A stretch of 64,000 nt of DNA. Origin: Chrysomallon squamiferum. Lineage: Eukaryota; Animalia; Mollusca. Position 1 is the stretch's first letter. Each line of letters opens with the position of its first letter. Positions 52,146 through 64,000 of the stretch are shown piece after piece. Location of the stretch: assembly GCA_012295275.1 (NCBI GenBank), contig CM022670.1, forward strand, positions 8,122,001-8,186,000, in the 5' to 3' direction. The position numbers and the translations under genes are program-made. The notes under the pieces were generated by a model. That model searched no databases. It worked only from the letters and a program-made list of their open reading frames with translations, and was not told the origin of the DNA.

Positions 52146-54180
52146 TGCAGCAGGTTGTCTTTCAGTTACAGTAGTAGTATTTTCAGTTACTTTAATGGTA
52201 TTTTCAGCTGCACTGTTCAGTTGTAGCAGGTGCCTAATCAAGTCGCTTGGTCAGTATTTTATTAACTCCACTCAATCGCGGTCGATAACTTTCTTTGATA
52301 AAATCTTGATGAAAAATTATTCCGTTTCTTCTGATGTGACTGGAATCATTGTTTGCTTAATGCAATCTCACACTCAAGTAGACACAACTAAAGGATTCCC
52401 TTATCTTCAAGTTTGGATGTCATTTGTTCCATGGTGTACAAGTTGGATAGATTAATATGTTAATATTTGCCTTGGAGGACTAAAAGGACTTATTCTTGTA
52501 TCTGTGGATAAAATGATTATTTGAAAAAAGGTTAAATTTTGTCTTATTCTGAGAGTGGATTAATTTTTGCTGATTATTGGTAAAAATTTCTAAAATAAGC
52601 CCTCGTTTGATCATTTAAATATGTTTGACTTTTAATATGGCAGAGGTTTTAATAGCAGTCTTTATTTGTTATTTTCTGTGTAAAGATTTTAGGACACGTA
52701 ATTTTCTGTCATTGTTCTTTTGTTAAATAGAAGAAGAAATCATTTCTTATTCAGTTTTATTATTTTCAAATAAGTCAGTCATCATCAATAAATATGTAAA
52801 TTTGTTAGTATATAAACAAATAAAAATAAATAAGTTAAAAGCCAGTTTATTGTTTATAAAAATAAATGATCAGATAAACAAATTAAAATAGATAGATAGA
52901 TAGATTGATAGAAGATAGATAGATAGACAGACAGACAGCTAGATACATAGATACATAGATAGATAGATAGATAGATAAATATATTAATAAATATATAAAT
53001 AAATAGATAAAATTAAGTAAAACCAAACTTAAAGAAAAACCTTAGAAAAACAAACAAAATTAAAATAAAAAATTAAAATTAAAATTAAATAAATTAAAAC
53101 AAACAAAAACAAAAATCTAAATCTAAACTAGATTAAAACAAAAATTAAAATAACATAAACATTAACAAAACAAAAAATAAATAAAATAAAAAAAAATAAA
53201 AAAAAAAAAATAAAAAATAAAATATGAATGAATGAATGAAAAAAAAATTAACGTGCTAATCAGAACTAGTTGTTGTGAAACTAACTTAAACCAAACAGAA
53301 ATACTTACCCAGGGTCCAGAAGAGAGAGAAAAAGCAGGTGTTTTTACTAATCACTCTTTCTGGGTTTTTTTTTTGTGTGCCCTGCTACATTTCACCAGTT
53401 TTCATTTCACCAGTTTACATTTCACCAGTTTACATTAGTCAAAGATCTGCTAACTAGAACCCTCGTGTTGACTGTAATCTGTGAGTTTAATTGCTTTTAT
53501 AGAGATTCGTTATCACAGATTTAATTCCAGTTTTCTCTAGAGATACACAGTGTGAAACCAGTCCATAGGAGGAGGCTGCTTAATTAGTGTCATATAAAAA
53601 CAGCTGCAGAGCTTCAGTGAGTACATTCACTCATAACTGACCACAGAGTGAGACCTTTGCATTACGACTGTTACCAAACTCATGTGAGTAGATAATTTGT
53701 AACTGGTTAACCGGAAGACATAGGATACATTTCTGAGTACTCATAAGACTGTTGTTGCCGAATTTCCATGAGTACTCATAAGGCAGATGTCAAGTTTGTG
53801 TGAGTAAATTTATAACTCAGTGAGCATATTTATGCAGTTATAAGTCATAACTGCTCACGCAAAAAAAAAAAAAAAAAAAAGTTATTAAATTCAAAACTTA
53901 AATACAAAAAAAAAAAAACATTACTATATTTCCATGAGTTGCTCGTAATTACTGAGCCAAAAGAGAGTTACAAAAATTTCCGTGAGTACTCCTTCATTGC
54001 TACTCACCATAACCAGTGAGTGGGTATAAGTGAGTTGCCACATTTTGACGAGTGACAGATTTGTTTGGTTGTGAAGAGCAAACACACACACACACACACA
54101 CAGTTTGTGTATTGACTGACTGTTTGTGGAGATGATTGTCTGAGACCACAGTTCAGTGATTTCAATGTCAGTGCACAGCG

Positions 54181-54235
54181 ATGGGTTGTACTACCAGTTC
54201 CAAAGTGAACACGGAAATGAAGAAGGGTGAAAAAG
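54181..54235 (+). CDS. PPEF2: PPEF/rdgC phosphatase first coding exon (MGCTTSSKVNTEMKKGEK)
   Basis: MGC..S myristoylation/palmitoylation N-terminus typical of PPEF; G|gtatgt donor, phase 1, compatible with the IQ exon. Confidence 0.8.
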
Positions 54236-54559
54236 GTATGTACTGTCTTGCCATTATTTTGTACATGTTTTCTGTCATGTTGAGTCTGTTCTGCTTGCGT
54301 CTGTTGTGTTGTATGTCCAGTTATTTTATTTTCATATTTATGTTTAAAGCTGTGTTAATGTTAGTGTTTCACATATCTGTACCGATTTTTGATATTAATA
54401 TCAATATGTCACATCTGCATATGAATTTTTAATGTTATTGTATGCTTATTAATGTCATATAATGTACAAACTGTCACATATCAATATGTCATATAATTGT
54501 CACCTATTAATATGTCTTTTATTTGTTAATTATTTGTGCTTATATTTGTACTTTCAAAT

Positions 54560-55220
54560 GCTGAAATTAATATGTGCTTCTGACTGTGATTGTTGTTATA
54601 AATTGGCTGAAATAGTTATTATTTATATGCTGATATTTTGTGTTTTCTGTTTTGTAATGCTGAAGTTTCTTTAGTCAGAAACTGAAATTAATATGTCTGT
54701 TTTTTTGTAACCCCCCACATTTTCTGAAATAAATGTCAGCTTATAACTGCTATCTAAATATATCTTAAATTAGTATGTGCTTATTTTTCTTGTTTGCTTG
54801 GCAAACTATTGTTAGTAAGTTTCTGTTTGTGTACTGCTTGGCATATAGTAATTGAACTTAATATGTGCTTGTTTTTATGATACATGGTAAAACTTTATTG
54901 TGATTTATATCTTCTTATTTTTGTGATGCTTGGCATATTTTTACTGAAATTAATATGTTCTTGTTTTTTGATGTTTGGAAACAATTTTATTAAATTAATA
55001 TGTGCTTTTCATTATGATTTTGGTCAAAAATAAAACAAAATTATTGTGCATATTGTAATTTCTGACACATATTCAATGAAATTAATAAGTGGATTTTAAA
55101 AAAAATTAAAAATCTTTTTCAAATGTATACTGAAAACAGAATGTGCATGATATTGTAATAATTCTCTTCATATATATTAACTGAAATTAATATGTGCTTG
55201 TTATTGTAATGCTTGGCAAA
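54560..55220. repeat. Degenerate repeat with core ctgaaattaatatgtgctt in PPEF intron 1
   Basis: Core recurs near 54561, 54682, 54853, 54945, 54991 and 55181. Confidence 0.6.
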
Positions 55221-56880
55221 TGTTTAGAAAAGAAATGATGCTGAACGTATCAGTTTGATGTGTTTAAACGTGATACATGTATGTGATATAGATATTGTCA
55301 GCTACTTGCTAGTACCATGTGCTGCATAATCACCATGTTTGTGTTGAATAGAACATTACATCTTATCTGTTACTGCTAGTATCACATGCTATATATAGTC
55401 ATATTGTTTATATTGAATATGCTGTATTAGTGTATATATGTATAGTCTCGTATTGTTTTTTGTTTGCTTTTTAAATTTGATCCAGTGCATGCACTTTCAT
55501 TTAACTATTTCTCTTTCAAAGAGAGACACTGACATACACCATGCAGTTAATTATGTATCTGATCTCTGCTTGCCTGTATATTTACTTAGAAGTGTATGCT
55601 CTTATACTATAATAGTACAATACAGCATTTTAAATGTTTCATGTTTCTAGTAAATTGTGCCGTTTCCAGTTTTGGACCATGTACAATAGTGTTTTATTTT
55701 ATTTTTGTAATATTTATTTATTTATTTATTTGTAATCTTCATTTCTTGTTATATAATATTTTTGTATCAGCATTGTTTTTATTATTGTTATTGTTATTAT
55801 TAACATTATTATTATTGCTATTATTTCATTACTATTACTATTCCTAAGTTAAAACTCTTCATTAACTCATTCTTTTAATTACTGATTAATTTAATTGTTT
55901 ATAGACAAATCAATATAAATCTTTGTTAAATGGTGATTATAAATGAAGGAAAACAAATTTACAATAAATTTCAAAAAAAAAAAAGATTTAAAAAAATTAC
56001 ACTGAAACTTTTTATTTTTATTTAAATAAAAATATTTCAAAAACATTTTTTTTGTTTCACTGTAAGAAATTTTTTCCCCGATTTTTACACTTTATTATTT
56101 TTTTACACAGTATTTATTTATCTTTTTCCATTAGAAAAAAGAAAAAGAAAAAAAAAAACATGCTTAAAATATTTTATGCTCTGCAATCATTTTGTTTTGC
56201 TATTTACTGACATGCTGTAGTGTAAAGAGATTAAAAACTGTGTCAACTTTTAATAACATTTCTTTCAAGATTTTGCTTGTGGTGTTTCATTTGGTTACTA
56301 TGGTTACCCAAAGCAATGACATCAAAATGACTGTCGTTTCTAGTAAAAGGGTGGAGCTTTCTCATACACTGGAGACTTTTTTTTTTGGGGGGATATGATT
56401 AGGTAGGAGAAAGATAGGAGTTATGGGTGTCTAGAAATGGGTGGGAACTGGCATGTAAATTTGTGGGGAGGGGATGTTGCAGGGTCTAATGAAAAAAAAA
56501 AAAAAAAAAAAAAAACCTGGAAAAAATAAATAAAATATTCTTTATGACTTTGTATGTAATTTTAATGTCGGGATATAAGATGGAGTTTCTAGGGTGGTAC
56601 TGTATAATAACTAAATCCCTCAAAATAATGAAGTAATGTAGAAAATAAAACACATTCTGTTATCAATAATTTGAAATCAGTGCAGATCCAGTATTCCAGG
56701 ATTTTGTACATACTCAACATCAATGTAACCTGCAGCACCCCAGTACCAGCACCCAAATGTAACTGTACCTGCAGTGGGTTGGGGGTGGGGTGGTTTCTTT
56801 AGAGGGTGGGGTGGTGAAACAGGCGGAGTGAATAGTTGTTCCCACTAACCTGATTTGAATTTTCATTTGCACGTGGACAG

Positions 56881-56961
56881 GGGTGAAGTCAAAACATGAC
56901 AAAGAGGTTGACGTTGAACCCGGTAAATGTGACGATCCTTCGCAACAGCCTGCCGAGATAG
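56881..56961 (+). CDS. PPEF2: Candidate PPEF cassette exon (81 nt, phase 1-1, GVKSKHDKEVDVEPGKCDDPSQQPAEI)
   Basis: CACTAAC branch point at 56843..56849, ggacag acceptor, G|gtaatc donor; open in the required frame. Confidence 0.6.
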
Positions 56962-57452
56962 GTAATCTAGTCTCTGTGTTTTACTTGTCTGCACACCTGC
57001 TTAGACTAGCAGACATCTGTACTTACTCTCTTAGAATATGTTAGAAATGTTTGCTTATTTGTGAAAAAAGAAATTCATTTTCTTGAGTAGTTATCATTAA
57101 CAATACACGAGATGAAAATAATTTAAAAAAAATATTTTTGGCTAAAATTTTGTATGTACAATAGTACCCGTTTGTTCTATTTTCTTTTCTTTTTTTTCCT
57201 TGTCTTTTTTTCCTCCTTTTTTTAAAAGCATTTTTCATGTGTAGTATCTTTAAAGATGTCTGAGAGGACGTTTATTTAACTGTTTTGTTGTTATTTTTAT
57301 TTGGGGTGCTATGTTGAAATTGTTTGAGATTTGCCATGTTTTGAAATTTATTATTTATTTTGTTAGCCACATAATTTTTTTACTAAATGAAAGTAAAATT
57401 CCAGAGAATATCTGTCTAAAACTTGTAACAAAAACAAACAATATATATATAT

Positions 57453-57535
<83 letters not shown>

Positions 57536-58345
57536 GAATATTTTTTGTTTTTTAAAAAGATTTTATTTATGATTTTTTTTTTCTTCTCTGTTATTTATTG
57601 GATACAAGAAATATATCTTAACAGTAAAAATGCGATTTGTATTTACGATTACAACATATTTTGTTTATTTAGTGCATGTGAACTGAATTATAATCATGTT
57701 AACATGAGTTTTGATTTATATACAAACATGCACAGCAGGCAAAATGCTTATTCAAAAATGAAACAGATAAATAATAAGCTTAAACCAGCTGAAGTATGAA
57801 ACTATGTGATGTGTGCTGTGCTGTTTATGGGAAAGTTTACATAAAGTATTTTTTGATGTAATGAAAAACGTAATAGGTTATTTTGAAGACTGATTAATAA
57901 TAATAACAATGTTTCACATCTGACAGCAGATGACAGAAAATTAATCAATATGTAATCATTCTGTCAAAAAAAAAAAAATGTTTTTCTTTATATATGTATT
58001 GTTAATGTTGCACTTTATACATGTACTGTTATGTTTTTCGTTTGTTTTGTGTTTTGTCAAAGATAATTTTTTTAAATAACATATCAATTGTCAGAATTTT
58101 CCTACATGTAACGTTTTTTTTCTGATCTTTAATTTAATAGATAACATTTTCTTTTCATCTAAACTGTAATTTGACAGTCGATATTATTTTATCAGATTTC
58201 ACAGAAAATATTTTGTTTTTATCTAATTTGTTATTTCATAGACAATGTTTCCTTTTTATGATTTTGTAGATAAAGTTTTATTTTAGTTTAATGGGTAATT
58301 TCATAGTATTAATGTTTTTGTTCCTTCTTTGTTTTTCTTTATTGT

Positions 58346-58376
<31 letters not shown>

Positions 58377-59039
58377 GTATAAAAAAATAATATTTTTATA
58401 TAGGCCAAATATAATCAGTGGGCCATGTCAGATGTCAGAGAAAAATAAAATAAAAATTATATTTAATTTACTGATTTTTTAGTGTAACACTTTAAAATTT
58501 ATATTAATTTATAATTTATATTATATTTATAATAAGGAAACTAGTTTTAGTCATTTAAGAACTGATTTTGAGTGATTTGTAAAATACAGTACAATTTTTA
58601 TTTGTTACACAGAGCAAATATTTTGTGTTATTATTTCTATATGCTTTATTTTTTAATAATTACTACTATTTCTGATACTTCTACTACTGCTACTACTGCT
58701 GCTACTACTACCGCTACTGTTACTGCTCCTGTTATTACTACTACTACTACTACTACAACTACATTTCTATTCAGTACAAATATTTGCTTGTTTCCTTTAG
58801 TTTTAAATTGAATTATAACATCATTTTAATACCTTTTATTGGTTCTAAACCTTTTATTGTTAAAAAGGCTTCACATATGAATGACTTACTTTGCCAGATA
58901 ATTTGAAACTGCATAATTATTTTTATTTTATTTTAATTTCACTCTGTCTTATGTAATACATTGATTTTTGTCACATCTGTCACAACATTTAACAAGTATG
59001 CCTGGTTATATGATTTTGTGTTTTACTAAATCTCTTTGT

Positions 59040-59360
59040 AATTTTGTTTTAATACATCTCTGGTGTTTTAATACATCTCTCTGTAATACATCACTAATGT
59101 TTTATACATCTGTTTTTAATACATTATTAATGTTTTAATACATATTTTTATAATATATCACTAATGCTTTAATACATATCTTTATAATACATCACTAATG
59201 CTTTAATACATATCTTTATAATACATCACTAATGTTTTAATAGATATCTTTATAATACATCACTAATGTTTTAATACATCACTCTATAATACATTACTAA
59301 TATTTTAATACATATCTTTATAATATATGCCAGTGTTTTAATACATTTCTTTATAATACA
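59040..59360. repeat. 34-bp minisatellite (taatacatcactaatgttttaatacatatcttta)
   Basis: Period of 34 bp, built from two taatacat-containing halves. Confidence 0.85.
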
Positions 59361-60306
59361 TTCAATAATATTTTCATATTTCAAAAACCAGCTACATTTT
59401 ATTATCTATTCATTGTGCTATTAATGTTGTTGTTTATAAAATTAATGTATTTTCTTTTTACCTGCATATGCAGAACCACAAACATGACTAAAGCAGAATC
59501 ATAAATTTTGCTGGCAGTAAGAAAACATTATGCTAAAAAAAAACTTTTAAAGATTTAAAAAATAAACATTAAAAGACAAAAAAAAATCTTTTTTAATGAT
59601 AATAGAAAGTTCACATTAATTTATATTTCCAAAAGAACTGGTTAAAAAAATATATATATATATAAAATAAAAATTAAAAAATTAAAAATATAAAAATATG
59701 AAATAAATAATGGATTAAAAAAAATCAAACAAAAAAACAAGCAAAAATGTAATTACATGTTATAAGTAGAACAGAATAGTAATAATAATATTAATATAAA
59801 TATATAAAAAAATGAAATGAATTTAATCTTTAACTGTACTTTTATATCCATTTTATTTTTTACTTCACTTTTTACTTCAATAATTTTATGAGTAGTATTT
59901 TTAGTGGAAATATGAGTGTGTGTGTGTGTGTGTGTTTGTGTTCTTATTTTTTAATTTGGAAATTCTGAAGATATTGTTATTGTGTTTTTCAGCTTAAATA
60001 ATCCAAACATTTCTCTGTAATTTAAGTATTGTGTGATGAATTTTATGCAAGCACATATTAACTTTTAAGCTAAGAATTAAAATATATGAATAATAATAAT
60101 TTTGTTATACACTAGAGATAATTTTGTAATAGAAACATTATTGTGATATATTCTGCTTTATATTTGTGACAGTTATTATTAATGATTTGTTAAACTGAAC
60201 AGAAAAATTAATTTTTATATTCTTAAATTGTAATTTCTAATTTTGTGTAATTTTTTAAATTTTATTTATTTACTTTTGTAATGAAAAAACATAATGGCTA
60301 TACTAT

Positions 60307-60309
<3 letters not shown>

Positions 60310-60369
<60 letters not shown>

Positions 60370-60453
60370 TAATAATAATAATTACTATAGCAGTAATAAT
60401 GATAATAACAACAACGATTACAACAAAACCATCACCATCAGAACAACAACAAC

Positions 60454-60487
<34 letters not shown>

Positions 60488-60650
60488 GTAATATTAACAA
60501 TAACAATAAATCTATTCAAGTGATATATTTATAGGGAAAAAAAAAAAAAAAAAAAAAAAAAAAATAAAAAAACAATAATAATAATAATATAAAAAAAAAT
60601 AATAATAATAATAATAATATATATAAAAAATAATAATAATAATAATAAAA
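60310..60650. repeat. (AAT)n/(AAC)n and poly-A low-complexity tract
   Basis: Directly visible. Confidence 0.9.
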
Positions 60651-60746
60651 AAAAAACAATCCAAAGTCTGATAATAAAATTAGCAAAGTTTTTCTTTTGA
60701 CATTTTCAACTTTAGCTATTTTTTAATGTTTTTTGTTTACTTTTAG

Positions 60747-60785
60747 GCAATTCAGAAAGAAAAGAATTGAAATCTTTTGTTCCTA
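60747..60785 (+). CDS. PPEF2: Candidate PPEF micro-exon (39 nt, phase 1-1, GNSERKELKSFVP)
   Basis: Strong T-tract acceptor tttacttttag and consensus gtaagt donor; frame-preserving. Confidence 0.6.
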
Positions 60786-63190
60786 GTAAGTCTGTTTGTT
60801 GAAAATCCCTCTCATTTTTTTTTTCTTGTCATAATCACATTTATATTTAATATAACTGCACAATTACTTTATTTTTATTTTAAACACTCTATTATAAATT
60901 TCCCTTTTTTCAGTTATTTTTCGGTCAAAATAGCAATAATAAAATATGATTAAATATTTAATTTTTTAATTTGTTTGTTGTTGTAAATTTACAATTAAAA
61001 AAAAATGGAGAATAATAATAATAATAAACTAATAAAAGAAAAAGGAAAAGTAAAAGTTGAAAAAAAAAAATCAATTCTATTTTGCCTTTTTCTTTTCTTT
61101 ATTAAAACATTAAAATTTTTGATTAAAAGATTTTATTACTATTTTTAAGAAAATCTTTTATATTTTGATAACAATGATTGTTCAAATTTTAAGTAATTGT
61201 AAGTTTTATTTACTACTGGAATCTTTTAAAAATAAAACCTGCTTCGGATTTAACATTTCAAACAATACAAGACAGTGTAATTAATTTTACATCGCATTAT
61301 AAAAATGCAACATCATAAATTTGAAATTAATTACGGTAATATTAAAATACCAACGAAACATTAACTTAACTCCACAAACACAAATATGTTTTGTGAGTAA
61401 TTTTGGGGGGATTTTTTACCTCAGACAAATGTTCAAGCACGACTTTCCAGGGCATTGTTTTGGCCATTATCAGATGTTTTTTGTCCTTCTTTATTTCAGT
61501 TTCTCTTATATTTTTATTTTGTGTTTTTTCCGTGTATCCCATTTCTGTTCATCTGAATGTCTTGATGCAACATGTGACCAGTTGTTATAAAAGGGTCATA
61601 AAGTTGTTGTTTTTTTTAAAATATTTTTTAAAATTTTAAGTACATATTCTGATGTTTCCTTAAAAATAATTTACTATTATTTGTTTTATGACTGAAGATT
61701 GTTAAAACATTCATAAATCAAGACCTTTTGTACCTTTCATTGAAAAGAGTCACATTTTTTCTTTTTGTTTTATATTTAATATGTATTCCTTGTTGTATTT
61801 TAATGTACTTTACTTTTCTTTTAAATACTCAAACAATTATTTTTGTGATCTTGTCATTGTAATGAACATGAAAAATGTGTTTGTTTATTTATTTTACTTA
61901 TTTACTTCTGCTGTAGCTGATATTGTTAATATTATTATTTACTGTTTATTTTATTTTATTTATTCATTTATTGACTTATTGATTAATTACAAATAATATG
62001 CAGATCTACCATGATGCCCCATACATACATACATACATATATACATACATACATACATACATACATAGATACATACATACATACATACATATACATACAT
62101 GTACACACACACATATAGATATCATATATACATATATATATATAATTATTTACATAAACATATGCACTTTACCACACATGTATTCATTAAACACACATAT
62201 TTTTATTAAAACACTCATATTCTCTGATGTATATAAACACATGCACACTAACTCATAATCACACACACACACATGCACACACATCAAATATAATTTTCAC
62301 CTTGATGTTACTTAAATAAGGTGGAACTACCTACATAGACTGACACTCATTCACATCAATACATCAGTTCTGTTCACTGTAATTTATTCTGTTAAATAAA
62401 TGAGTGGGTGGAGCTACTCATGTTGATTGACATTAACTTCTATGCTTATATTAACTTACTTTGCTGTAATTTTTTTTTTTTAACAGCAGAATAAAAACAC
62501 TGAATTTCTGATAATAATTTTTTTTTTTTTTTTTTTGTACTTTAGTTTATATTCTCTGGTAATAAAATAAATTTTTGAATTTTTTTTGGTTTTTACTGCC
62601 TCATATGTGAATAAAAATAGTTTATTATATATTTTGTTAATAATGAATTACATATGCACAGTTAACCCAGGCACTAAATTTCTGGATCTTGCAAAGAAAA
62701 CTGATATTTTTGTGTATGGATTTTTATATATAGATAAGTAGACTTTTGTTTGAGTATGGATATAAGCCAGCATGCTAAGATTGAAATGAAAGAAAATAAT
62801 CTTGAAAAAAAAAGAAAAAAATTATTAATGAGTTCATGTAAAATAGTTATGTACATTATTGATTAAAAGAAAAAAAAATTAGAAAAAAATTAATATCCTT
62901 ACAAACAAACTATTATTTCTCATATAATCACATTTTTCTTTTTTTGAAAAATTTGTTCATTGTAACAAAAATAGCAAAATAAAAACACAAATCTTCTTGT
63001 CATGGAATCAATCCTCATTTCCCATTCTACCCTTAGTCTCCAGCTAGTGTATTGAAAGTTATGGAAAGTGGTTCTTTTTGTGTCTCTGAAAAAACTCATA
63101 CAGATGACCCCATGCTGCAGATGGGTTAGAATGGGAAAAATCTTTGTCCAAACTTTGTGAATTTACTGGAGATTTTTCTGTTTCTTTCAG

Positions 63191-63318
63191 CAATGAAGGC
63201 AGCCATTTTGATACAGAAATGGTATCGTCAGTCAATAGCCCGACTGGAAGCTCGGCGAAGATGCACATGGAATATTTTCCAGACAATAGAGTACGCAGGA
63301 GAGCAAGACCAGCTCAAG
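63191..63318 (+). CDS. PPEF2: PPEF/rdgC Ser/Thr phosphatase with EF-hands, IQ-motif exon ([42 protein letters not shown]); gene continues beyond the window
   Basis: IQ motif plus the PPEF-diagnostic RRR.TW.IFQ.IEYAG.QDQ.K segment; tttctttcag acceptor, AAG|gtatgt donor. The symbol reflects family-level similarity, not proven 1:1 orthology. Confidence 0.93.
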
Positions 63319-63329
63319 GTATGTGTCAG

Positions 63330-64000
63330 TATAATGTGTTTGTGGAATGTACAGTGTGTATGTATAATGTGTTTGAGAAATGTACAGTGTGTTTGAGAAA
63401 TGTACAGTGTTTGAGAAATGTACAGTGTGTATGTATAATGTATAATGTGTTTGAGAAATGTACAGTGTGTTTGTGGAATGTACAGTGTGTATGTATAATG
63501 TGTTTGAGAAATGTACAGTGTGTTTGTGGAATGTACAGTGTGTATGTATAATGTGTTTGAGAAATGTACAGTGTGTTTTGGAATGTACAGTGTGTATGTA
63601 TAATGTATAATGTGTTTGAGAAATGTACAGTGTGTTTGTGGAATGTACAGTGTGTATGTATAATGTGTTTGAGAAATGTACAGTGTGTTTGAGAAATGTA
63701 CAGTGTGTTTGAGAAATGTACAATGTGTTTGAGAAATGTACAGTGTGTATGTATAATGTATAATGTGTTTGAGAAATGTACAATGTGTTTGTGGAATGTA
63801 TAATGTGTTTGAGAAATGTACAATGTGTTTGAGAAATGTACAGTGTGTATGTATAATGTATAATGTGTTTGAGAAATGTACAGTGTGTATTTATAATGTA
63901 TAATGTGTTTGAGAAATGTACAATGTGTTTGTGGAATGTATAATATGTTTGTGGAATGTATAATGTGTTTGAGAAATGTACAATGTGTTTGAGAAATGTA
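63330..64000. repeat. Compound minisatellite (tgtgtttgagaaatgtacag 20-mer with tgtgtatgtataa and tgtataa modules), runs off the window
   Basis: Directly visible; the source of several spurious ORFs. Confidence 0.95.

Noticed and set aside
40958-52455. Numerous ORFs rich in HT, CV, LS, I, Y or GF repeats
   Set aside because: Translations of microsatellites and minisatellites, not genes.
63232-63823. 165-183 aa repetitive minus-strand ORFs
   Set aside because: Produced by the intronic minisatellite.

Overview
AT-rich, CpG-depleted, microsatellite-laden animal genomic DNA with GT-AG introns. An invertebrate origin, probably mollusc/gastropod, is my inference. Three protein-coding loci are supported. 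(1) The 3' part of GLYR1/NPAC on + (10 candidate coding exons, 166..34905; the PWWP exons would lie upstream of the window). (2) A complete 848-aa LRR-Ig-transmembrane gene with an intronless CDS on - (14118..16664), nested antisense in the 20.8-kb GLYR1 intron 6403..27222, with a candidate 5'UTR exon and promoter near 23.8-24.3 kb. (3) The 5' part of a PPEF/rdgC phosphatase on + (ATG 54181, running off the window end). The main points of interest are: nine uninterrupted 11-residue repeats plus a PDZ-type C-terminus in the nested receptor's cytoplasmic tail; retention of the beta-hydroxyacid dehydrogenase catalytic Lys in GLYR1 (Met in human NPAC); two homologous 42-nt GLYR1 exons that may be mutually exclusive; and two symmetric phase-1 exons between the PPEF lipid anchor and IQ motif. 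Most other ORFs in the track are simple-repeat artefacts. No CRISPR array, rRNA, intact tRNA or intact transposon was seen.
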